Both the position numbers and the translations under genes were made by a program. Positions 1 to 13,108 of a DNA stretch of 64,000 nt are shown piece by piece (positions within the stretch are counted from its first letter, which is position 1; each line of letters opens with the position of its first letter). The notes under the pieces were generated by a model that saw only the letters and a program-made list of their open reading frames with translations, had not been told where the DNA came from and did not search any database. The stretch is from Octopus sinensis (taxonomy: Eukaryota): the NCBI RefSeq assembly GCF_006345805.1, contig NC_042998.1, positions 138,756,001 to 138,820,000 on the forward strand, written 5' to 3'.

Positions 1-660
1 TGTTACTACCTGAGCAGCGCTGTAGATGAAAATGGTGTTCAAATTAGCGATTACCGACAACGTATGTATGATCATTGGAGTGAAAAGGGATTGTTTCAAC
101 CTACGGATCAGACTATGTGATCAAGCTAGAGCAATAAGAAAAAAATGTTGGTTCACAGTAGAGCTCGAAGCTATCATAGCAGCAGAGATAACAATGAAAA
201 TGCAGTTCCTACTAATAAGAGTAATCCCATAGCACAGGAATGGATCAGTGGCAGTTCATTTGATGAGAGTCATATAGATGATCTAAAAGAAGACAAAACT
301 AATGGCGACATGACAGATGAACAAAAGGCAATGAACCACAGAATAAAGGTAAGACTAAAGGAGAACGCTAGCGACATTATTTGCAACCTTAAAAAGGTTG
401 ATCGATGGAAATTGAACCAAGAAACGAAAAATGTCAATGAAATTCTGAAATACATCAGAACAAACAACATCACAGAAACAAATAATTTGATCAAGGGAGC
501 AAGTATTGTTGTAGCAGAAAACGTGGATGTTGATGTCAAGAAAAAGAAACATAATGAGAGTGACAAAAGAAAATATCCATGGTGTAAAAGAATCCAAGCA
601 GGGTATACATGCTCTCGGAGGAAATCTGTGTGTTAGACCGAAAAGAGAAAGAGGAGCTTA
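1..660 (+). mobile_element. R4/Dong-like (RLE-type) non-LTR retrotransposon, N-terminal fragment upstream of RT
   Basis: ORF 145-636 contains ITETNNLIKGASIVVAE and KRKYPWCKRIQ, resembling the 'ITETNxLIYAAA...PWWKRR' motifs that precede RT in R4-clade elements. The fragment is truncated. Confidence 0.6.
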
Positions 661-689
661 AAAGCGAAGAAAAATAAAGGGTCTGAAAA

Positions 690-1010
690 TTATTATTATT
701 ATTATTATTATTATTTTTGTTGTTGTTGTTGTTGTTGTTGTTGATGTTATTATTATTATTATTTATTTATTTTTTTAAAACTCAGGTTTTGTTGGAACTC
801 CTGGAGTCTTGCGCAGTGTGCTTATTACCTACAGCCTACGGTACCATGCTATCTTTTCTGCGATTCTAGCAATACCAAGGAGGCAAACTTTTGTAATAGC
901 TCTACTGGGCACTTTATTCCGAATCAAACTTATATTCCTCTTCATGCCTTCTAACACTGTCCCCAAAGACGCGGCAAAAATCGGCATTATTATTACTAGG
1001 GTCTTGGTTT
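690..1010 (-). mobile_element. 3' end of an R4/Dong-like element (RLE C-terminus, 3' UTR, (AAT/AAC)n tail)
   Basis: Minus frame IMPIFAASLGTVLEGMKRNI...ITKVCLLGIARIAEKI* resembles the 'IPIVIGALGT...QKAALLGTARI' RLE terminus. It is followed by a (TTA)n/(TTG)n tract at 690-775. Confidence 0.55.
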
Positions 1011-1239
1011 CATGATGGTAAGGTCCGTTTTCTGGGCTGAGATGCACGTTGTGCCCTTGGGAAAGGCAGCGAATTCCCGCTACTCCAGGGTATTCAGCCC
1101 AAAATGACCGCTTGCTATACAGGGAAAGAGGGTTACATCAAGCAAAGGCGATATTAATCGACTGCTATATAGGGAATGAGTGCTATATAGGGAATGAGAG
1201 CTGCAGCAGCTGACTGCAGCACAAATCGATTGCTTTAGA

Positions 1240-1259
1240 GAGACAAAGAGAGAGAGAAA

Positions 1260-1306
<47 letters not shown>

Positions 1307-1315
1307 AAGAAAGAG
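1240..1315. repeat. (GA)n microsatellite
   Basis: Direct inspection. Confidence 0.95.
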
Positions 1316-1759
1316 TGGGATGAGGCGGTCTGTAGCATCTGGCTGCTGTACACGGAAAGAGGGCTGCTAATGGGGGGGGGGGCTCCCTCCCTCAATTCGT
1401 CACATCCTGGATGTTCCTATGGATAAGGGATGGGAGGGCTGAAAGTATGTCTGTCTGCTCACGACTATATAGGCACCTAAAACACTAGCGAAACGCGGTG
1501 TTGCCTACGCGGTCATACTCATTTGCGAGTGATGGCTAAATACCGAAGCTCATCATAATACCTAAGCAAAATAAAGATTCCAAGATTCCAACTGTAGCTC
1601 TTGAATATCTAATAGGCCTGCCTCAAGAATGAACTCACGACACAATTAGCCAACCATGAGACCCTCAGAATTCCAGTTCAAACGACTAGAAATAGTAGTC
1701 AAATCTCACCCAAGCTTTAAAGTCTTAAAAACGGAAGGATGCATTGGATATTATACATA

Positions 1760-3019
1760 CAGGTGTTGGACGAAATAATGAAAAAAAAAAAAAACCCTTA
1801 AAATTTCAAAAAAAATTATTTTTATATGGGATAGAACAACTTTAGCAGTAATTACAGCTTGAATTCCACGAGACATGGACTCGTACAGAGTCTGAATTGT
1901 TTCCAAAGGAAATTTTGTCCATTCTTCAGCTAAAACAGTCTCCAGTTCTTGTAGTGATGATGGTGGAGTATATCGACTCCTTATTTCTTTTTCTGAAATG
2001 CATCATAAATGTTCAATAATATTGAGATCTGGGGACTGTGGTGACCAGATAAGATGTTCAACTTCACTAGAATGTTCCTCGTGCCATTCAGTAGCAACTT
2101 TATCTGTGTAAATTGGTGCATTATCATCCTGAAAGATTGCGTTTCCCTCCGGAAACAGTTCCGCAACCATAGAATGAATTTGATAAGATAAAATGCTTAA
2201 ATAGTCTTGACTATTAATTCTGCCATGAAGGGAAACCATTGGGCCGGCGGATTTCCAAGATATAGCCCCCCGATCATCACAGATCCTCATCCATATTTAA
2301 CAGTTGGAAGAAGGCATTCTTGGTCAAATGCTTCTTTTGGCTGTCTCCACACATATACTCGGCCGGTGGTCGGAAATAAAGTAAAGGATGACTCGTCCAA
2401 GAAAATAACATTCTTCCATTGTTCTAGGGACCGATTCTATAGGTTTTTACTCCACTCTAAACGCTTTGTAACATTTGTTTTTGAAAGTAGTACTATTCTG
2501 ATTGCAGCCCTCCCGTGAAATCTGGCTTTGTGCAGCTCCCATCGAACAGTTTTTGTGGAAACTGGGTTCCCGAGGTGGTCATTAAGCTCTGCAGTAATTT
2601 TGGGAGCTGTACTTTTGTGATCCTTTCTAATAATTCGCGTAAAATCCGACGGTCCTTATCTAAAAGTTTTGGTCTTTTTCCGAAGTTTTGTTTCGACGAA
2701 GTGGGTTTTTCCCTCTTTCTCAAAGGCTGTCATTACTTTAGAGACAGTACTTCTTGATACCTCAAACATTTCGGTTGTTTTTGTTACGCTCGCGCCTGCT
2801 ATACGAGCACCAACAATTTGACCTCTTTGAATGTCCGATAGATCTGTCATTTTAACGAATTTTAATTACCTTCTGATGATATCTGTAGAAAAACAGCAAT
2901 TTTATCAAGACATATTAAGCAACAGTAATAATAAATAAAAAAACCCATAAAAATAAACAAGCTTTTGACGGTTTTATAGATATGATGCTAGGTGTTTCCA
3001 TTATGTTGTCCAACCCCTG
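1760..3019 (-). mobile_element. Tc1-family DNA transposon, full length, degenerate transposase
   Basis: TIRs CAGGTGTTGGACGAAATAATG / CATTATGTTGTCCAACCCCTG with TA on both sides. Broken minus-strand frames: MTDLSDIQRGQIVGAR..., FQDDNAPI, WSPQSPDLNIIEHL. Confidence 0.93.
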
Positions 3020-4179
3020 TATAAAAAAAGTAAAAGATGAAATGTTTATGCCCGGACGTCTTTGATTGTAAGTATATGTTCCACCGGGCTTGGCCTGAGG
3101 ATAAACAACCCACACGCTTTTATGATGTAGGAGCTGTTACTGGATGCTTTATTCAAGTAATTCTGCATTACAAATCGAAGCATGTGTTTTGTTTCTATGA
3201 CACAAATCGATGTTTGGATTGGAGTTTGCTAATAAATCATTATATGGTTATGTTTTCCAGCCTGTTTCAGGATCTGACCAATTATCTCTATTTGTATTAG
3301 CCATATACTTTCATTTATAAACGATACACATTTTTGTTTAGCTAAACGCAAAGAAATAAACATTTGTGACTGATGTATCGATTAGATATAAACAAGATTT
3401 TATTAGATTGATGCACAAACCTCAGAGTGTTTCCATGTTAAGTCACTGAACAAGTGATTTAGATGCCATTGATTTATTATATTAATGAATTTTATATAAA
3501 TCTTTCGATTAATGTCAATGATAACTCTATACAAAAGATGGCTATCTTTTATTGTTGCTTTTTTAGCTTCTTTGAATGAATTCTCTTTATACGATCGAAT
3601 GTATATAAACATCTTGTTACTTATTCTGTTTGTGAAATAAGATATTCATTTGTCTATTCTTGTGCATCAGTGAACATTTGCTTGTTTACATTATTTACTA
3701 GAAGTTAGTTCACATTTTAGTTTCATGCATTCAAAACATTTAACTTGATCGAGTACATTAGGTGCCAACTCATTAATCGAAGTATAACAGGTTCATATCC
3801 CTCCACTTGAGTTGCGCTGTATCAACAGTTAAGCCATTTAACTGTTGACAGTTTCGATGAACCATGTGATCTCACTGATCACAGTGGTGGGTTTAGAACT
3901 GTAACATTGACAAATGTCTCATTGACATACTGTGTTAGAAAAATCACCTACTGTCCATGAGGTGATTTATATCTCACCTACTAACCGCTAAAGAAAGCAC
4001 CGACCCAGTGAGTCCCTGAAATGTCTGAATGGGTTAATAGCATGTAGTTATCTTTTTTCTATTTTTAATAGGCAGAAGTTACAAAAATGACTCAAGGGTC
4101 GATAGTTTCGTGCATGGCGCTTGATAAATGCTGTTATGAAATTCTCGACCCTTGAATCACTTTTGTAACTTCTGCCAAT

Positions 4180-4290
4180 TACATACATACACACATACAT
4201 ATCCATGCATACATATACACACACACATACATACCTACATACATACATACATACATACATACATACATACATACATACATACATACATAC
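4180..4290. repeat. (TACA)n microsatellite (the same motif recurs at ~10545, 23110, 34870, 42560, 52350 and 58025)
   Basis: Direct inspection. Confidence 0.95.
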
Positions 4291-4476
4291 AAGAAGAAGA
4301 AAAAGAATAGAAAAGGATTAGAGAACTTTATTATGGAAAATAGGAAGGAAATATAAGACGGCCTCTTCCCGCTGTAATGAAATGGAATTAAAAATTGCAA
4401 TAAATTAAATTAAACTATCATAATATTAGTTCTGGAAGTTCATATATTTTCCATATAAAAATCATATGGTGGTGTA

Positions 4477-4990
4477 CGAGGGGTGTTCCTTAAAAATTTC
4501 CCCTTACCCACTTCCAAGAACTGGGGTGAACGAAACATGGCATGATTATTAGTCATGACACACTTCTCTCACCGCTTTATGCAGTTGTGAAGACCTCGTC
4601 TGTAGAAATCGGTCGGTTACGTCTGGAGCCAAGCTCTGAAATAAATTCATCATCGCCCGAAAGGTGATTCTCCTTCAAAAGAGACTTCATGGTTGGAAAG
4701 AGATGAAAGTCAAATGAGTCGGGAGAATAAGAGAGATGAATAAGGATTTTATAGCCGCAGGAGTGTACTTTCATCTGGGAAACATGCGCATCGTCAACTG
4801 GAGTGTTGTCTTGGCGGAGGCGGACTCCTTTGGACAGCATGCCACGCTTCTCTGCTTTGATGGCGTCTTGTAGTTTCTGTATAATATGCCCCATTCATTG
4901 CCAGGAAATCTATCATACTTTGTTAGAAAATCCATCATCACTACTCCGCTCTTGTCCCAAAAGACAGTAATCATCACCTTGCCTGCTGAG
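4477..4990 (-). mobile_element. Mariner transposon, 3' half
   Basis: TA|CGAGGGGTGTTCC terminus. Minus frames KVMITVFWDKSG, RQDNTPV, HLSYSPDSFDFHLFPTMK. Confidence 0.85.
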
Positions 4991-5019
4991 GGAAACTAAA
5001 AGAAGCCCGTTGTATATAT

Positions 5020-5070
<51 letters not shown>

Positions 5071-5278
5071 GTATATGTTTGTGTGTCTGAGTTACTCCCT
5101 CCAACATCGCTTGACAATCGCTGGTGGTATATTTACATCCCCGTAACTTAGCGATTTGGCAAAAGATAAAAATAGAGTAAGTACTAGGCTTACAAAGATA
5201 AGTCCTGTTCGACTAAAGTGGGTGTTCCAGCATGGACGCAGTCAACAGACTGAAACAAGTAAAAGAATAAAAGAAAAA
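4990..5278 (+). mobile_element. Octopus-type SINE, 3' portion with internal (TA)n
   Basis: aagaagcccg-(TA)n-...cttagcg...aagtactaggcttac...gactgaaacaagtaaaaga. Same family as 8490-8855. Confidence 0.75.
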
Positions 5279-5292
5279 AGTGTGTATATATA

Positions 5293-5365
<73 letters not shown>

Positions 5366-5640
5366 CACACGAGTGAGTAGACAAAAGAAAAAAGGGCACT
5401 CAACACATTTCTTAGAGGTTATATGTTTGGTTCAAACTCCTTACTACTCCGAGTCTTAAGCGTGATGTTAATTCTCAACACTTGAAAGATTGAATGAGAG
5501 GTGTTAGAGAAAATCAACGTATATTACTGGAAGATAGCCATAAAAAATTTAGAAGATATATATATATAATATAAATTAGAAATAAAACCACTATTATGCA
5601 ACTCAGTGATAGATATAAACCAATACATAAATAACAAATA

Positions 5641-5702
<62 letters not shown>

Positions 5703-5703
<1 letters not shown>

Positions 5704-6012
5704 CACCGTGAACACCGTGACCGACCAGGCTATCAGATGTTGCTACACATCGCTGGTCACAATGCGCTTCGCATTGTTTTAGCCTTCAAATGACGCCACC
5801 CCGCTGGCTAAGCGAGCAGGCTAACAGAAGAAAGAGTGAGAGAAAGTTGTGGCGAAAGAGTACAGCGGGGACCGCCACCACTCCCTCCCGGAGCATCGTA
5901 GAGCTTTAAGTGTTTTCGCTCAATAAACACTCACAACGCCCGGTCTGGGAATCGAAACCGCGATCCTAAGACCGTGAGTCCGCTGCCCTAGCCACTAGGC
6001 CATTGCGCCTCC
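5703..6012 (-). mobile_element. tRNA-derived SINE (further copies at 13371-13674 and 36248-36555)
   Basis: The minus strand begins GGAGGCGCAATGGCCTAGTGG (A box) ...GGTTTCGATTCC (B box). Three similar copies occur in the window. Confidence 0.85.
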
Positions 6013-6061
6013 ACACACACACCACACACACACACACATACACACACACATATGTATATAT

Positions 6062-6095
<34 letters not shown>

Positions 6096-6121
6096 GATAT
6101 ATATGTATATATATACATACG

Positions 6122-6262
<141 letters not shown>

Positions 6263-6813
6263 ATATATGTTACCCATAGAGATATGCAAGAGAAATAGCG
6301 AGTGGGAGTAAGGTTCTGTTTAAAAAAAAAGTAATCACAACCAACAAAATGTAACTCGTCTGTTTTGAAAATGTGTGGAGACCCTTTTAGAACAAGCGTT
6401 TTCAGCAATGATTAAAAGGAACAACAACAACAACAAAAGAAAAAGATATCGTATGAGACTTAATTCAGAATGATATGTGGCCGTGTTTCTCTGAAACTGT
6501 GCCTAGAATTTAGTTACTGGTTTGAAAGAGCCAATTTCATCTATCTGATTAAAAATGCAGCAAAAAAAAATGAATAAATAAAAAATGATATCTTACATAG
6601 ATATCTTTTTACAATATCTTACAATGATATCCTATATTGACAAAAGGCCAGAATTTATTTTGATGTAAGAACACAAGCAATGGATTATTTTGACCGCTGT
6701 ATTTGACTGGTCTTTTTATTTTATCGAGCCCAAAAGGATGGAGGACAAAGTTGATCATGGTGGTATTTGAAAACATTAGATGAAATTAATAGCACACACA
6801 CGCGTGCAAGCGC

Positions 6814-6919
<106 letters not shown>

Positions 6920-7218
6920 AAATAAGTAACAAAGATGTCCAGGTATCAGTGCATTACGGGTGTTTCAAGCGGGTCCATAGCAGAATTCCGCTGCAATAAT
7001 AGCAAAAATAAGCAATAAATTTTAGTCTCTAGTACTGATGAAAAATTTGCTTAAAAAAGTTTAATGGAGTACTCTGTATCTTAGAAATCTATATATTTGT
7101 ACGCATCCGAAGGGAGCGGTTTATTTCAAATTGATGTAATGTTTGAATTGATCGATTAAATGGAGCCACTTGAAACGGCCGTAATGCACTGATACCTGGA
7201 CACCCTTGTTACTTATTT
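6920..7218. mobile_element. MITE with ~59-bp terminal inverted repeats
   Basis: AAATAAGTAACAAAGATGTCCAGGTATCAGTGCATTACGGGTGTTTCAAGCGGGTCCAT is the reverse complement, with a few mismatches, of 7160-7218. No ORF and no clear TSD. Confidence 0.85.
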
Positions 7219-7339
7219 GCTTTCTATTCACCTAACTTCGTGCTGTGAGGACAATACTGGACAGACTTGTTGCCTCAACTCAATTACATTTATGTATATC
7301 TATAGCTATACATAAATGTAAGGGTATTGCTATACATAA

Positions 7340-8340
7340 ATGTAAGGGTAAGGCGGTCGATTGGGAAGGATCAAAAGTGATTTTGACCCTATGGACCCCA
7401 TCGGCCGCAACAGATCTGGTTTTCCTAGATTCTTTTAAAATGGCTGGCTGTAGGTATCCGGTGATACTTGAGGGACGTCTCCTCAAGTCTCACTCGTGCC
7501 TGCAGCTAGGACACATTAAAAAGAACTGCTCCCAGGACCATAGTAAGGTCCTTGAACAGTCACTGGATGTCACCACCCCTACCCGGTCAAAGGGAGAGGT
7601 GGATGTGGTTGTAGCCTCCTCAACTCAAAAAGGATTAAAAAGGAAGAAGGCGGGCAACAATGGTTGCCCACCGAAGGACCCCAAGGCTTCGGTGGGTGGG
7701 GGAGAGACTCCGGACAAAGCGGAAGAGCTCCACTCTCCCGAATTCAGGAAGAAAAGAAAAAAAGAAAGAAGAGCGGGTCATTTCAGGTGGGATATGATGT
7801 GCCGTCTGCATGTCCCGAAGTTGTGCCACCCACGGTGGAAGAAACGACCATCACCCTTAAATATGATTAATTAATTATATTTTTCTACAAGGGTGGGGAG
7901 GTGGAAAAATAGTAGAAGAACATAAAGAGACAGTAGATATGGCCTTCACACTGGATCTCGAATAGCCTCCGCAGGTAGCTGTGGAGATCATAAGGTTTCC
8001 CTTGTGGGAACGGCTTAAAGGATTTGGGGAGGAGTTTCGCATATGGCCGGGTGGCCATAACACGACTTACATGTCCTACGTGAGTGAGGTATGGGAAATG
8101 GTGGAATACAGGAACTCAAGCGGCATTGAAAATAATGATGGATATATTGTTGGAAATATCGATGAGAAGGAGGGGAAAAAGCCTCGTTAGAGGGTTTGAA
8201 ATCTCATCTTATTGCATCATTTGTAGTGGTTTATAACCTCAATTGCGTGTTTAAAATAAAAAGAAACATGTTAAGTAAGAGGTTTTAGTACCTCCTTCTT
8301 GTAAGAGGTTTCAAACCTCATATTGATTAAAAAAAAAAAA
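7340..8340 (+). mobile_element. 5'-truncated L1/Tx1-type ORF1 fragment followed directly by a 3' UTR and poly(A)
   Basis: VDWEGSKV...VILEGRLLK(S)HSCLQLGHIKKNC is a degenerate CX2CX4HX4C knuckle that aligns by eye with the 447-aa ORF at 45407. Stop at 8190, then ATTAAA overlapping an A12 tract at 8329-8340. Confidence 0.65.
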
Positions 8341-8489
8341 GAAAATATGTTTTCGAGAAAAATCCAATCGACCGGTGTTGGGTTTCGTCTCTCATTTATT
8401 CATTTTATTTCATTTTCATTCATTAATGTATTTGTTCAGCACGCAGCTACTCTGTATACTGCCTTTATGGCAAATAAAATGAAATAAAG

Positions 8490-8855
8490 TAGCTTGCTTA
8501 CGAACCACATGGTTCCGGGTTCAGTCCCACTGCGTGACATCTTGGGCAAGTGTTTTCTGCTATAGCCTCGGGACGACCAAAGCCTTGTGAGTGGATTTGG
8601 TAGACGGAAACTGAAAGAAGCCCGTCATATATATGTATATATATATGTGTGTGTTTGTGTGTCTGTGTTTGTCCCCCCCAAATCGCTTGACAACCGATGG
8701 TGGTGTGTTTACGTCCCGTAACTTAGCAGTTCGGCAAAAAGGACCGATAGGATAAGTACTAGGCTTACAAAGAATAAGTTCTGGGGTCGATTTGCTCGAC
8801 TAAAGGCGGTGCTCCAGCATGGCCACAGTCAAATGACTGAAACAAGTAAAAGAGA
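8490..8855 (+). mobile_element. Octopus-type tRNA-derived SINE
   Basis: ccgggttcagtcccactgcg head, internal (TA)n/(TG)n, gtcaaatgactgaaacaagtaaaaga tail. Confidence 0.8.
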
Positions 8856-8859
8856 GTAT

Positions 8860-9005
8860 ATATATATTATTTACATTATTTACATTTGACGGATATTTGT
8901 CCTCATCTTGTTTGTTGTTAACACGTTTCGGCTGATATACCCTCCAGCTTTCATCAGGTGTCTTGGGAAAATTTCGAACCTGGGTTATCATTCCTGAGGT
9001 ATTTT
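8860..9005 (-). mobile_element. Penelope-like pLTR-type fragment with a hammerhead-like core
   Basis: Minus strand: gacac CTGATGA aagctg gagggtatat cagcc GAAAC gtgtt. Confidence 0.5.
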
Positions 9006-9009
9006 TCGA

Positions 9010-9017
9010 TGTCATCA

Positions 9018-9069
<52 letters not shown>

Positions 9070-9110
9070 TGTCATCGTCATCGTCATCGTCATCATCATC
9101 ATCCTCATCC

Positions 9111-9162
<52 letters not shown>

Positions 9163-9165
9163 TAT
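9010..9165. repeat. (CAT)n / (CATCGT)n compound microsatellite
   Basis: Direct inspection. Confidence 0.95.
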
Positions 9166-9627
9166 TTTTGATTTTTTCTTATCACCTTTGTATTTCTAAC
9201 CTTTTAATAAACCGATAAATAGCAATAAATAGCAAAGAAACCGATGAACTAAACTATATTTATTGAATCATGTGTAGCAACACAAAATCTCTCCTTTCTC
9301 TTCCATACTCATGTATCTATTATTCAAATTTGTATGAAGTGGTCAAACGTTAACTCTCTCGGACACCCAGGAAGAATCACACGTAATTGTCACTATTGTA
9401 TGGAGATGGTCCTGTTGAAACTTGTTTCTCTTAGAATCTAGGTAATGTATCTTTTTAGAATCTACGACATAAATAGTAAAATCAACCACCACAGCTACAT
9501 AAATAAAGAAATATAAAACGCTAAATTGAAATAATAACAAATCGATAATCTTGTACAAAAACATTCGATTTGTTATGACAGGAAAGAAGTTAAGATAAAC
9601 CTAAGAGATACTTACGTATGTATGTAT

Positions 9628-9664
<37 letters not shown>

Positions 9665-9986
9665 CACGTATATATATATATATTTATACACATATATATG
9701 TACATGCACTCACACACACATACATGTACTTACACTCACAAATACGTATAACATACGCGTGTACGCAGATGGGCATATCGATAACAGATGCTATAAATAC
9801 GGATGACTGTTTATAAACGTCACAAATTAAGAAGAGCATCATTCACAATCAGAATCTTTTGCGCTCGTCGAAAACTGAGAGCAACTCTATATAATATTCT
9901 CTTTAAATACACACTGAAAACATATCGACACATATAAAGCTGAAGAGATTCATGAATATATCCAAATACAAAACACAATCGCAGAT

Positions 9987-10038
9987 ATGAGAGGTAACAT
10001 AGTGGTTGCAATTTTAATGCTATATTTGAGAATTGAAG
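9987..10038 (+). CDS. Copy A exon 1, signal peptide MRGNIVVAILMLYLRIE(A)
   Basis: ATG, hydrophobic core, G|GTAAGA phase-1 donor. Identical in copy B. Confidence 0.65.
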
Positions 10039-10590
10039 GTAAGAATATAGAAATGTTATAAATATATATTTGTAAAAAAAAATAATAAAAAACCCCTTGA
10101 ATATCTTTGTTATTTTGGCAGGTCTTGTTAATTTATATTCGTGGTTATCTAATTACTAATAAACGAATGAATTGTTGATAAATGATCTTCAAATGCGCGC
10201 ACAAACATATGCTCCCCCCCACACATACATACACACGCTTATACGATACACACATATATATGTGTGTGTGCATAAATATAAACAAACAAATATTTGTTTT
10301 TTTTTTATTTGCATTATAAGCGTCGAAAATGTGTATTGTACGATACAAATAAGAAGATGATATTTTTTCGAACGCATAGTTGCAGTTAGAAAAGCAAAAA
10401 TACTGGGTAAATTACCTTGTCAAGGCGGAAAAAATTGTCAGCAAGCGCCCCGTAAGGGTAAATTATCCTGTATTTCTGCAGTTCTAACGGCATTGAGGGG
10501 TATGGGTTGGAATCCCATAACTAACATCATTCTTATTTGTATTGTACAATACATACATACATACATACATACATACATACATACATACAT

Positions 10591-10717
<127 letters not shown>

Positions 10718-11089
10718 CACACACACACATATATATATAATACCAGCTGAATTCAATTCGTCTCCAGTCGAAAGACGCTTGTTGTTTTGTCCTGTTATTA
10801 TCATTATTATTATTATTGCTTTTTTGTATTATTTTTGTTTTTATATTCGTGTAATATCGTCCGGTTTTCCGTACTTGTTTCGTATATATTCGAAGCTTTT
10901 TTCCAAGGAATCTAATGCTCTTAGCTTAGTTTTTCCTAGGGGCTGGCCAGATTGGAGCAATCTCAAGATTAATCAGCCGAAATTGCGAGGGTGATCCGGT
11001 TCTTTTTCTTTCGTCTATCTGGATGTTATATATATATTAATAATAAAATATTAGGGAATAAATCCAAACTTACAGGGAAAAATCAGATT

Positions 11090-11237
11090 TAGGATTAAAT
11101 CCAATTTTATAGTATAAATATATTATATTATATTAAATATTAGGATTAAATCCAATTTTATAGTATAAATATATTATATTATATTAAATATTAGGATTAA
11201 ATCCAATTTTATAGTATAAATATATTATATTATATTG
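11090..11237. repeat. 51-bp tandem repeat, ~2.9 copies
   Basis: taggattaaatccaattttatagtataaatatattatattatattaaatat starts at 11090, 11141 and 11192. Confidence 0.9.
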
Positions 11238-11557
11238 TATTAAATTAGAGATAAAACCACTATTAGGCAAATCAAACAATGAAAAACATAAGCCAATACA
11301 TAAAATTAATTAATTTATATTATTTTAAATATATATCAAAAGTATTAAAAGTTTAATAAAAGATAAAGAGTAAAACACTACGATCGTTTCATGGCTGTAC
11401 AATTCGTAATAAACCATTAATTTTCCCATTCACAATCTCATTGACAAAGCGTAGATTCCTCACGCTTAATGAATTCTTCAACAATTTATTCTTTTTTTGC
11501 TAATAACGTAATTCCACGAGTATTCTTATAAACGCTGTAAAGACGTTTTCCGATTCA

Positions 11558-13108
11558 AAGTTGTTTTATATTCTATAATTTTCACAGACGATAAATACGA
11601 TATTATTTGTTATTGTCTGAGGTTTTGGTGTAAGTTGAGAGGATAATAAAAAAGCTATGGATGATTTAGTAATTTACTGCAAAACCCATGGCGGCCAAAA
11701 TGATCAGAACGGTTGCTTTTAGTATATTTAACCGTTGAACTCTAATGTTTTGAATTTGTTTACGTGACAGTTCGTTTACTAAACATTAGTAAGAATATCT
11801 GCAGTGTACTTTGTTAATATAATGCCACTTACTCCGTTACCAATTCGTTAGCAGATTATTAAGCTTCGAAAGAAGGATGATTTAAGTATTAGGTCTATTG
11901 CAAAGATTGTTAACAAGTCAAAAAGTGTTGTTCACGGTATTCTTAAGGTCTACGATGATTGTGGTTCGTGTGAAGCAAGAAAGTCTACAGGTAGGCCAAG
12001 AAAAACGACCAAGAGAGAACATTGTGCTATGGTAAAGTTGGTTAAAAAGGACAGATTTAAAACTGCTGCTGTTGTTTTTCGAGAAATGAGCATTGTACTG
12101 AAGAAAACTTTACCTCGAAAAACTGTGTCTCGTCCTTTAGTTGAACATGACCTACAAGCAAGAGCACCTGTAGTGAAGCCACTGATCAGCTCCAAGAATA
12201 AAAAGTGTCGTCTTACCTTTGCAACCGAACATGTGTTGTGGTCTCAAGAAAAATGGCAAACGGTGCATTTCAGTGATGAATCTAAGTCTATGTTATTTGA
12301 CTCAGATGGGAAAAGGTACGTTCGTCGAAAAGCAGGGGAAAAATTGTCACCTAAATGCCTTAAGACTTGTGTTAAATTCGGTGGAGGAAGTGTCATGGTT
12401 TGGGGGATGATATCTGGAGATGTTGTGGGCCCTTTGCTGCGATTACATGGAAAGATAAATGCAGGAGTTTATAAACAACTTGTAAAAGATCATGTCTTGC
12501 CTGTGCTGAGAAATTCAACTAAGCGACCACCCATATTCATGCAGGACAATGCCCCATGTCACAAGGCTAAGGTGGTCATGAACTTCCTCAAGGCTGAAAA
12601 GGTTATTGTTATGGATTGGCCTGCTCAAAGCCCAGACCTCAATCCTATTGAAAATGTGTGGAATATTCTAGGAGAACGTTTGAAAGCCAGAAATCCTAAA
12701 ACAACCGAGCAATTATGGAATGCCCTTCAGGAAGAATGGAATAAGATCACCCAGCAAGAAATTGAAAATTTAATTTCCCCATGCAGTCTAAAATGTCAAA
12801 CTTTGATTGAAGCTAAAGTGCTTCACACTAAATATGAAATAATTCCAGCATTCTCTGTCACTTTTTGATTATTTTGTTATTTTTTCAACCGTTCTGATCA
12901 TTTTGGCCACCATGGGTTTTGCAGTAAATCACTATATCATCCATAACTTTTGTATTTCCACTCAAATTACACCAAAATCGCAGAAAATACCAATTAATGT
13001 CGTATTTATTGTCTGTGAAAATTATAGAATATAAAACAACTTTAATAAAAACTTATATCTATTTTTCTGACGAAAACAATGCCGTTCTGAAAATTTTAGC
13101 CGCAACTG
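11558..13108 (+). mobile_element. Tc1 transposon with long IR/DR-type terminal repeats; outer part of the left IR lost
   Basis: 11558-11712 is an inverted repeat of 12887-13044. The right end is CCGTTCTGAAAATTTTAGCCGCAACTG|TA. The outer and inner direct repeats share GGC(C/T)AAAAT..TCAGAACGG. Confidence 0.9.
11822..12868 (+). pseudogene. Tc1 DD34E transposase, nearly intact (one TAG at codon 10)
   Basis: MPLTPLPIR*QIIKLRKK...GRPRKTT is in frame with the 12029 ORF, which has FSDES, QDNAPCH and SPDLNPIENVW. Confidence 0.9.

Noticed and set aside
3037-3300. 87-aa ORF
   Set aside because: No recognisable motif, splice context or paralog.
5960-6012. tRNA gene-like sequence (also 13620-13674, 36500-36555, 60143-60215)
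   Set aside because: These are SINE heads continuing into SINE bodies, with no complete cloverleaf.
8800-9218. Poly-Met, poly-Ser and poly-Ile ORFs
   Set aside because: Frames of the (CAT/CGT)n tract, with no gene context.
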